The translations under genes were made by a program, and so were the position numbers. The notes beneath the pieces are model-generated. The model saw only the letters and a list, made by a program, of their open reading frames with translations. It was not told the DNA's origin and searched no databases. DNA of 19,575 nt, taken from positions 1-19,575 of the forward strand of contig JBIOTN010000011.1 of the NCBI GenBank assembly GCA_044866005.1, read 5' to 3'. Every line of letters starts with the position of its first letter. Position 1 is the first letter of the stretch. Source of the stretch: Candidatus Rokuibacteriota bacterium. GTDB lineage: Bacteria; Methylomirabilota; Methylomirabilia; Rokubacteriales; DASRDR01. This document shows positions 7,320 through 15,293 of this stretch, one piece after another.

Positions 7320-8617
7320 CGGAACCGCGCCCCAGGAAGCCGCCGCCGATCAGCACGGAGCCCCCGCGCGGGATGCGCGACATCCTGCCGGACGAGGCGG
7401 AGCTGCGCGACGCCACGGCACAGAGGCTGCTGGCCGTTTACCGCAGCTACGGCTTCAGACGGGTGGAGACGCCGGCGCTGGAGAGCATCCAGCTCTTGAC
7501 CCGGGGCGAAGGGGGAGAGAACGAGAAGCTCATCTTCAAGGTCCTCAAGCGCGGAGAGAAACTCGAGCTCGGCCGCGCCACGACCGAGGCGGAGCTCGTG
7601 GATCTGGGGCTGCGATTCGACCTCACGGTGCCCCTGGCCCGCTACTACGCCAACAACCACGCCCGGCTGCCGAAGCCGTTGAAGGCGGTGCAGCTCGGTC
7701 CGGTGTGGCGCGCCGAGCGCCCGCAGCGGGGCCGGTTTCGTCAGTTCACCCAGTGCGACATCGACATCCTCGGCGTCCAGTCGGAGGTCGCGGAGATCGA
7801 GCTGATCCTCGCCACCACCGAGGCGCTCAGCAAGCTCGGGTTCGAGGACCTCACCGTCCGGATCAACGACCGCCGGCTGCTGACCGCGATCGCGCGCCAC
7901 TGTGGTTTCGACGAGGAGCGTCACGACAGTGTCTTCATCACGCTGGACAAGTGGGACAAGCTCGAACCGGCCGAGATCGCGGCGGAGCTCGTCCGGGCCG
8001 GGCACGCGGATCGAGCCATAGGGCAGCTGATCGAGCTCTTCGGCGAATTCAAGGTCCAGGGCGAACTGCCGGACGACCTGGTTCTTCGCACCGTGAAGAC
8101 CCCCGAGGGGATCGAGGCGTGGTCCGCTCTCAAGCGAATCATCGATGCGGCGCGCTCGGGACACGGCTCCATCCGATTCGACGCGACGCTGGTCCGCGGG
8201 ATGTCGTACTACACCGGGCCGATCTTCGAGATCGGCTCGGCGCGGTTTCCCTCATCCATCGCCGGGGGCGGGCGCTACGACCGGCTCATCGGCAAGGTCC
8301 TCGGCCAGGACGTCCCGGCGACCGGCTTCTCCATCGGATTCGAGCGAGTCATCTTGATCCTGATGGAGCGCGCGGGCGGCCGAGGCGGCTCTCAGAAGCG
8401 CCTGGCCCTGATCTTCGATGAGGGCTCGCCCGACCTGCAGGGTGTCCTGGAGAAGGCGCGCGAGCTTCGCGAGCGAGGCGGATACGCGGTATCCCTCGAG
8501 CTTCGCGCCAGCCGGCGCGGGCCGCAGCTCGCGACCCTGGAGGCACAGGGATTCGACGGGTTCGTCTGGTTCGAGGGGCCGGCCAGCCCCGTGCAGTGGT
8601 TCGGAGAGCCCCGGTGA
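7316..8617 (+). CDS. hisS: Histidine--tRNA ligase
   Basis: ATGA overlap. PRGMRD, LRFDLTVPLARY, motif 2 VWRAERPQRGRFRQFTQCDIDI, LVRGMSYYTG, GGGRYDRL, motif 3 GFSIGFER. Confidence 0.96.
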   Translation: MTEPRPRKPPPISTEPPRGMRDILPDEAELRDATAQRLLAVYRSYGFRRVETPALESIQLLTRGEGGENEKLIFKVLKRGEKLELGRATTEAELVDLGLRFDLTVPLARYYANNHARLPKPLKAVQLGPVWRAERPQRGRFRQFTQCDIDILGVQSEVAEIELILATTEALSKLGFEDLTVRINDRRLLTAIARHCGFDEERHDSVFITLDKWDKLEPAEIAAELVRAGHADRAIGQLIELFGEFKVQGELPDDLVLRTVKTPEGIEAWSALKRIIDAARSGHGSIRFDATLVRGMSYYTGPIFEIGSARFPSSIAGGGRYDRLIGKVLGQDVPATGFSIGFERVILILMERAGGRGGSQKRLALIFDEGSPDLQGVLEKARELRERGGYAVSLELRASRRGPQLATLEAQGFDGFVWFEGPASPVQWFGEPR

Positions 8618-10419
8618 CGGCGGCGCTCGGCGACTGGCGGCGCACCCACTCCTGCGGGGCGCTGCGGGCGGAGGACGCCGGTCGGGTCGCCACGCTGATG
8701 GGCTGGGCGTTCCGTCGGCGCGACCACGGGGGGCTCATCTTCGTGGACCTGCGGGACCGCCAGGGCGTCACGCAGCTCGTCTTCAACCCCGCGACCGATG
8801 CGGCGGCGCACGAGGCCGCGCGCGCGATCCGGGGCGAGTTCGTCCTCGCCGTGCGGGGGACGGTCCAGCGCCGGCCGCCGGGGACGGCGAACCGGGCGCT
8901 GCCGACGGGGGAGGTCGAACTCCACGTCGACGCGCTCCGGGTCCTCAACGAATCCAAGCCCCTGCCCTTCCCCCTCGACGAGAGCCAGGAAACCGTCGAG
9001 CCCTTGCGGCTCCGGTACCGGTATCTCGACCTCCGCCGGCCCGCGATGCTGCGGAACCTGACCCTGCGCCACGAGGTCTGCCAGGCCGTCAGGAGCTACC
9101 TCGATCGCGAGGGGTTCATCGAGGTCGAGACCCCCGCGCTCACGCGGTCGACGCCCGAGGGCGCGCGCGACTTCCTGGTGCCGAGCCGGCTGACCCGCGG
9201 CAGCTTTTACGCGCTCCCGCAGTCCCCTCAGCTCTTCAAGCAGATCCTGATGGTCGCGGGGCTCGAGCGGTATTTCCAGATCGTCCGCTGTTTCCGCGAC
9301 GAGGACCTCCGCGCCGACCGGCAGCCGGAGTTCACCCAGATCGACGTCGAGACCTCGTTCCTCGATCGCGACGACTTCCTGCCCATCATGGAGGGCCTCG
9401 TCGCGGAGCTCTTCCAGCGGGTCAAAGCGCGGGCGGTGCCGCGCCCGTTTCCGCGGCTGTCGTGGGACGAGGCGCTCGCGCGCTTCGGGTCGGACAAACC
9501 CGATCTTCGCTTCGGCCTCGAGCTCTGCGACTGCTCGGACCTCTTCCGCGGCGCGGCCTTCGAGGTCTTCGCGCAGGCCGTGGCCCGCGGCGGCGCGGTG
9601 AAGGCGCTCACGGTGCCGGGCGGCAGCTTCTCCCGGAAGGACCTCGACGAGCTGGTCGAGGAGGCGAAGGGCTTCGGGGCGAAGGGGCTCGTCTGGGTGC
9701 GGGTCGGCGACGGGGCGCTCCAGTCTCCGGCGTCGCGACACCTCGAGCCGGTGCGCGAGCCGTTGCTGGCGCGCTGCGGCGCCGGTTCGGGGGACGTCGT
9801 TCTCCTCGTCGCCGACGCGATGCCGCTCGCCGCGCTCGTGCTGGGACGGCTGCGCCAGCGCGTGGCCCAGCGGCTCGATCTCGTGCCGGCCGATACGTAC
9901 CGGCTCGTGTGGGTCGTGGACTTTCCCCTCTTCGAGTGGAACGAGGAGGAGAAGCGCTGGGACGCGATGCACCATCCCTTCACGGCCCCCCGCGACGACG
10001 ACGCGGCGACGGGGCTGGCGGAGCCCGGGCGGGTGCGGGCCAAGGCCTACGACCTGGTCCTGAACGGCCAGGAGATCGGCGGGGGCTCGATCCGGATCCA
10101 CACCCGCGCGGTCCAGCAACGCGTCTTCGAGATCCTCGGTATCGGGGCGGCCGAGGCGGAGGCGAAGTTCGGGTTCCTCCTCGAGGCGCTCGAGTACGGC
10201 GCGCCGCCCATGGGCGGGATCGCGTTCGGCCTGGACCGGATCGTCGCGATCCTGGCCGGGGTCGAGTCGATCCGGGAGGTCATCGCCTTCCCCAAGACCC
10301 AGAAGGGGGTCTGCTCGCTCACGGACGCGCCCGCGCCGGTCAGCCCCGCCCAGCTCGCTGAGCTCGGCATCGCCATCGAGGCCGAGAGCATCGAGGATGC
10401 GCCGCCGTCGCCGGGCTGA
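8614..10419 (+). CDS. aspS: Aspartate--tRNA ligase, probably non-discriminating Asp/Asn type
   Basis: GTGA overlap with the hisS stop. RTHSCGALR, RRDHGGLIFVDLRD, STPEGARDF, YALPQSPQLFKQ, CFRDEDLRADRQPEFTQID, HHPFT, GGGSIRIH, YGAPPMGGIAFGLDR. Confidence 0.97.
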   Translation: MTAALGDWRRTHSCGALRAEDAGRVATLMGWAFRRRDHGGLIFVDLRDRQGVTQLVFNPATDAAAHEAARAIRGEFVLAVRGTVQRRPPGTANRALPTGEVELHVDALRVLNESKPLPFPLDESQETVEPLRLRYRYLDLRRPAMLRNLTLRHEVCQAVRSYLDREGFIEVETPALTRSTPEGARDFLVPSRLTRGSFYALPQSPQLFKQILMVAGLERYFQIVRCFRDEDLRADRQPEFTQIDVETSFLDRDDFLPIMEGLVAELFQRVKARAVPRPFPRLSWDEALARFGSDKPDLRFGLELCDCSDLFRGAAFEVFAQAVARGGAVKALTVPGGSFSRKDLDELVEEAKGFGAKGLVWVRVGDGALQSPASRHLEPVREPLLARCGAGSGDVVLLVADAMPLAALVLGRLRQRVAQRLDLVPADTYRLVWVVDFPLFEWNEEEKRWDAMHHPFTAPRDDDAATGLAEPGRVRAKAYDLVLNGQEIGGGSIRIHTRAVQQRVFEILGIGAAEAEAKFGFLLEALEYGAPPMGGIAFGLDRIVAILAGVESIREVIAFPKTQKGVCSLTDAPAPVSPAQLAELGIAIEAESIEDAPPSPG

Positions 10420-10420
10420 G

Positions 10421-10447
10421 TTGACGGGGCGGGGCCTCTGCTATACT
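10421..10447 (+). promoter_or_regulatory. Putative promoter for phoH-ybeY-era-recO-pok-pps
   Basis: TTGACG (10421-10426) and TGcTATACT (-10 at 10442-10447). The spacer is only 15 nt, so it may act as an extended -10 promoter. Confidence 0.55.
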
Positions 10448-10478
10448 GGGGGCGAGATGGAGGGGTCCGAAAGCGCGC

Positions 10479-11485
<1,007 letters not shown>

Positions 11486-11489
<4 letters not shown>

Positions 11490-11926
11490 TCGCCGTCACC
11501 GACCGGCAGCGTATCCCGGTCGACCTTCGGCGCATCCGGCGGACGATTCGCTCGGCGCTTCGCGCCCTCGGCGTCTGGGACCACGAGGTGAGCCTCACCC
11601 TGGTCGATGACCGCGAGATCCGCCAGCTGAACGCTCGCTACCGCGGGGTGCGACGCCGGACCGACGTGCTCGCCTTTCCCCTCGCCGGGCCCGCCCCGGT
11701 CCTGGGCGAGGCGATCATCTCGGTGGAGAGCGCCCGCCGCCAGGCCCGGGCCCTCGGCCACTCGCTCCGCGAAGAGCTGGATCTGCTCTGCTGCCACGCC
11801 TGTCTGCATCTCGTGGGCTACGACGACCGGCACCCGCGCGAAGCCCGCCTCATGCACGCGCGGGAGATGGCCCTCCTCGGCCGGCTCTATGAGCGCCCTG
11901 CCCCCACCCTCCACGTCGTCGCCTGA
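11486..11926 (+). CDS. ybeY: rRNA maturation endoribonuclease YbeY
   Basis: GTGA overlap with phoH. IRQLNARYRG...TDVLAFP, LGE.IIS, HACLHLVGYDD metal motif; canonical context. Confidence 0.9.
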
Positions 11927-12824
11927 GCACCGGTCCGGCTTCGTCGCCATCGTCGGCCGGCCGAACGTCGGGAAGTCCACGCTCCTCAACCGGCTGCTGG
12001 GCCAGAAGCTCGCCATCGTCTCTCCCAAGCCGCAGACCACGCGCAACCGGATCACCGGCATCCGCACCTTGCCGGGGGTGCAGGTCGTCTACGTAGACAC
12101 GCCGGGGCTGCACCCGCCGCGGGGGAAGCTGGACGAGTTCATGATGGCGACGGCAGCCCAGGCTCTGGAGGAGGTGGACGGCGTGGTCCTGGTGGCGGAG
12201 GCGACGGAGAACCCGGCGGCGCTGGACGCCGAGGCGCTCGCCCCGCTCGCCTCCGTCCGGGCGCCGGTCCTGCTGGCGCTGAACAAGGTCGACCTCCTGC
12301 CGGACAAGCGGCGACTCCTGCCCCTCCTCGAGGCCTATGCGGCACGTCACGCGTTCCGCGAGCTGATCCCCATCTCTGCGGAGACCGGGGCGGGCGTGGA
12401 CCGGCTCGAGGCGGCCATCCTGGCGCTCCTCCCCCCGGGGCCGGCGTACTACCCGCCGGACACCCTGACGGACCAGCCCGAGACGTTCTTCGTGGCGGAG
12501 ACGATCCGGGAGAAACTCTTCCTCCTCACGCGGCAAGAAGTGCCGTACGCCGCGGCCGTGCGCGTCGAGGAGCTGGTCGAACGCGAAAGCGATGGCGGCC
12601 GCCTGTACATCCGCGCGGTCGTCTTCGTCGAGCAGCCGTCGCAGAAGGCGATCGTCATCGGCGCGGGCGGCGCCCTGCTCAAGCAGATCGGCCAGTCGGC
12701 TCGGCGCGAGCTCGAGGCGTTCTTCGGGGTCCCCGTCTACCTCGATCTCTGGGTCCAGGTGCGAAAGCACTGGCGCCGCGACGACGCGGCCCTCCGCGAG
12801 TTCGGCTATCGCCTGACCTCCTGA
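11889..12824 (+). CDS. era: GTPase Era
   Basis: SGFVAIVGRPNVGKSTLLN, PQTTR, DTPG, NKVD, ISA, KH domain SQKAIVIGAGG; overlaps ybeY by 38 nt. Confidence 0.97.
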   Translation: MSALPPPSTSSPEHRSGFVAIVGRPNVGKSTLLNRLLGQKLAIVSPKPQTTRNRITGIRTLPGVQVVYVDTPGLHPPRGKLDEFMMATAAQALEEVDGVVLVAEATENPAALDAEALAPLASVRAPVLLALNKVDLLPDKRRLLPLLEAYAARHAFRELIPISAETGAGVDRLEAAILALLPPGPAYYPPDTLTDQPETFFVAETIREKLFLLTRQEVPYAAAVRVEELVERESDGGRLYIRAVVFVEQPSQKAIVIGAGGALLKQIGQSARRELEAFFGVPVYLDLWVQVRKHWRRDDAALREFGYRLTS

Positions 12825-12836
12825 GCCGCCCCCGCC

Positions 12837-13622
12837 ATGGCCCTTCTCCGGACACAGGGCGTCGTCCTCCGGGCCCGCGACCTCGGGGAGCACGATCGCC
12901 TCGTCACCCTGTATACCCGCGACGCGGGCCGGCTCACCGGGGTCGCTCAGGGGGCGCGGCGCCTGCGGTCGCGGTTCGGCGGAGCGCTCGAGCTCTTCAC
13001 GTGGGGCGACGTGGTCGGCTTCGAGCGCGAGGGCCGTGACCTCGTGCGCCTCGACCACTTCGACATCCGTCGCTCCTTCCGCCGGTTGCGGGAGGACCTC
13101 GAGCGCCTCGGGCAGGGTGCCCGCATGGTCGAGGCGGTGGCGCGGCTGACCGCCGAGCGGGACCCCCATCCGGCCGGCTTCGCCCTCCTGCTGCGGGGGC
13201 TCCGAGCGCTCGAGGACGGCCCGCCGGCGCGCGTCCAGCTCGCGTTCACGCTCCGGCTCCTCGACCTCCTGGGCCATCGACCCCGCCTCGACCGCTGCGT
13301 CGGCTGCGGCCGCCCGCTCGGCACGGTGGAGATCGCATTCGATCCGTCCCAGGGCGGCGCGGTGTGCGCCCGCTGCGGCGCTCCGGGCGCCCTGCCGGTC
13401 TCGCCGCGCACCGTCGGCGTCCTGCGCGGCCTGCAGGCCGCGCCGTGGGATGCGCGGCTTCGCGCCCGGATCGCGCCCGCCACCGAGCGCGAGGCGGCGA
13501 CCGTGCTGGACGGCTACCTCGCCGCGCTCACCGGCGCACCGCTCCGGACGCCCCGCTTCCTCGCGCAGACGCTGCCGGCCGAGGTGGATGAGCCGGCGAG
13601 CGCGCGGGATACCGGGCGCTAG
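12837..13622 (+). CDS. recO: DNA repair protein RecO
   Basis: GVVLR..DLGEHDRLVTLYT...G, A.GARR..SRFGGALELF, Zn finger CVGC...CARC; follows era. Confidence 0.95.
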   Translation: MALLRTQGVVLRARDLGEHDRLVTLYTRDAGRLTGVAQGARRLRSRFGGALELFTWGDVVGFEREGRDLVRLDHFDIRRSFRRLREDLERLGQGARMVEAVARLTAERDPHPAGFALLLRGLRALEDGPPARVQLAFTLRLLDLLGHRPRLDRCVGCGRPLGTVEIAFDPSQGGAVCARCGAPGALPVSPRTVGVLRGLQAAPWDARLRARIAPATEREAATVLDGYLAALTGAPLRTPRFLAQTLPAEVDEPASARDTGR

Positions 13623-13629
13623 AGACGGC

Positions 13630-14463
13630 GTGGACGCGGCCCGGGCCTTCGCGCCCGGCAACGTCTCCTGCGTGTTCAAGATCGTGGCTCACGAGGACCC
13701 CGCTCGCATGCACTCGCTCGGGATGGGGTTCACCGTCCGCGATGGCGTCGTGGTGACGGTCGCGCGCGACCGCCGGGCCACGATCTCGCTGAACGGGCGG
13801 GAGATCGCCTTCCCGACCGTCGCGTCGGTCCTGCGGAAGCTCACGCCCGAGCCGCTGCGAGTGGCGCTCGAGTCTCCGCTGCCGCTCAGCTCCGGGTTCG
13901 GATTGAGCGGGGCCGCCGCGCTGGCCACGGCCTACGCGGTGAATGCGCTGTTGGGGCTGGGCCGGCCCGAGGTCGAGCTGGCGATGGCCGCGCACGTCGC
14001 CGAGGTCGAGAACCTGACCGGCCTGGGGGACGTGTGCGGGCAATACCACGGCGGCTGCCGGGTCAGGCTGAAGGCCGGCCATCCCCTGGCCGCCGAGCCC
14101 CTGCCGGTACCGGAGCAGCCGATCTATTACCGATCGTTCGGTCCCATCCACACGAAGGAGATCCTGGCCGATCCCGTGGAGCGCGAGCGCATCAACCGGG
14201 CGGCGGAGGCGGCGCTGGCGCGGCTGGCAGAGCTGGTGAGGCTCCCCAGCGTCGACTTCGACGCCTGCATCCGCCTGGCCGCCGCCTTCGCGCGCGACAG
14301 CGGGCTCCTGCGCGATGAGCGGGTGCAGGGCGCGATCCGGGCGATCGAAGCCGACGGTGGTTCGGCCTCGATGATCATGCTCGGCCACGCGGTGTTCAGC
14401 ACGCGGCCCTTCGAGGGCGCGCAGGAGACCCGGCTCGGCCGGTACCGGGTCGGGATGGTCTGA
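13630..14463 (+). CDS. pok: Archaeal-type pantoate kinase (GHMP kinase superfamily, COG1829)
   Basis: GTG 7 nt after the recO stop; 277 aa. ARAFAPGNVSCVF...SLGMGF, GHMP loop PLSSGFGLSGAAALA, AHVAEVENLTGLGDV.GQ..GG, C-terminal ASMIMLGHAVF, all matching the PoK family pattern; adjacent to PPS. Confidence 0.9.
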   Translation: MDAARAFAPGNVSCVFKIVAHEDPARMHSLGMGFTVRDGVVVTVARDRRATISLNGREIAFPTVASVLRKLTPEPLRVALESPLPLSSGFGLSGAAALATAYAVNALLGLGRPEVELAMAAHVAEVENLTGLGDVCGQYHGGCRVRLKAGHPLAAEPLPVPEQPIYYRSFGPIHTKEILADPVERERINRAAEAALARLAELVRLPSVDFDACIRLAAAFARDSGLLRDERVQGAIRAIEADGGSASMIMLGHAVFSTRPFEGAQETRLGRYRVGMV

Positions 14464-14464
14464 C

Positions 14465-15202
14465 ATGCCCCCGGTTCCCGAGAGCCATCCGCGGTACGTG
14501 TCGCTGACGATCCGCGAGGCTCTGGTCGCCGGCGTGGAACGGGGCATCACCTCGCTCCACGGCCTGATCGCCCATGGCCGCGGGGAGGCCTTCGACTATC
14601 TCATCGGCGAGACCACCCAGCCCTTTGCCCGGGCCGCCGTCCGGGCCGCCGCGGCGATGCTCCGGCTGGGCCGGCGGCCGGTGATCTCCGTGAACGGCAA
14701 CGCCGCCGCGCTGGTACCCGAACGGCTCGTCGAGCTGAGCCGGCTCCTTCCCGCCCCGCTCGAGGTCAACCTCTTCCACACCTCGAAGGCGCGCGAGCGG
14801 ACGATCGAGCGCCACCTCATCACGCACGGCGCGGAGCGCGTGCTGCTGCCGACCGAGGCCGCCCAGCTCCCCGGCCTCGAGTCGAACCGGCGGTTCGTCC
14901 ATCCCGAGGGCATCTTGCGCGCCGATGTCGTCTTCGTGCCGCTGGAGGACGGAGACCGCTGTGCCGCGCTCCGGGGAGCGGGCAAGGGCGTGGTGACCGT
15001 GGACCTGAACCCGCTCTCCCGGACGGCGAGGACCGCCAGCGTCACCATCGTGGACAACGTGGTACGGGCGTTGCCCCTGCTGGTCGCGGAGGTCCGGGAC
15101 CTCGGCGACGTCGCCCGGTCCTCGCTCCAGGCCATCCTGGCCGGCTACAGCAACCCCGCGGTCCTGGAAGCCGCCGTGCAGCGCATCCGCGCAGGAGGGT
15201 AG
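14465..15202 (+). CDS. pps: Archaeal-type 4-phosphopantoate--beta-alanine ligase (phosphopantothenate synthetase, COG1701/DUF137)
   Basis: VPESHPRYVSL..RE, GLIAHGRGEAFDYLIGE.T, PVISVNGN.AAL, LEVNLF, GI..ADVVFVPLEDGDR, VDLNPLSRT..TA.VTIVDNVVRA: a near-complete family signature. Confidence 0.95.
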   Translation: MPPVPESHPRYVSLTIREALVAGVERGITSLHGLIAHGRGEAFDYLIGETTQPFARAAVRAAAAMLRLGRRPVISVNGNAAALVPERLVELSRLLPAPLEVNLFHTSKARERTIERHLITHGAERVLLPTEAAQLPGLESNRRFVHPEGILRADVVFVPLEDGDRCAALRGAGKGVVTVDLNPLSRTARTASVTIVDNVVRALPLLVAEVRDLGDVARSSLQAILAGYSNPAVLEAAVQRIRAGG

Positions 15203-15241
15203 GCCAGGTCGACGGGCACCCGGGGTCGGCTGCCGCTCCGC

Positions 15242-15292
15242 GCGGCGGCTTTTGCCGCCGCAACCGGGGGGTCCTGGGGGTCTTCCGAGAAA
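15242..15292. repeat. GC-rich palindrome plus short direct repeat between convergent genes (REP-like or terminator-like)
   Basis: GCGGCGGC-tttt-GCCGCCGC (15242-15261) followed by GGGGGTC-ct-GGGGGTC-ttccgag. Confidence 0.45.
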
Positions 15293-15293
15293 A

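Noticed and set aside
13630..14463. Mevalonate, homoserine or shikimate kinase assignment for the GHMP kinase
   Set aside because: AH.AEV...TGLGDV and ASM.MLG..VF motifs plus adjacency to PPS fit pantoate kinase specifically.
13623..15293. Mobile element or genomic island around pok/pps
   Set aside because: No transposase, integrase, tRNA, att-like direct repeats or visible composition shift.
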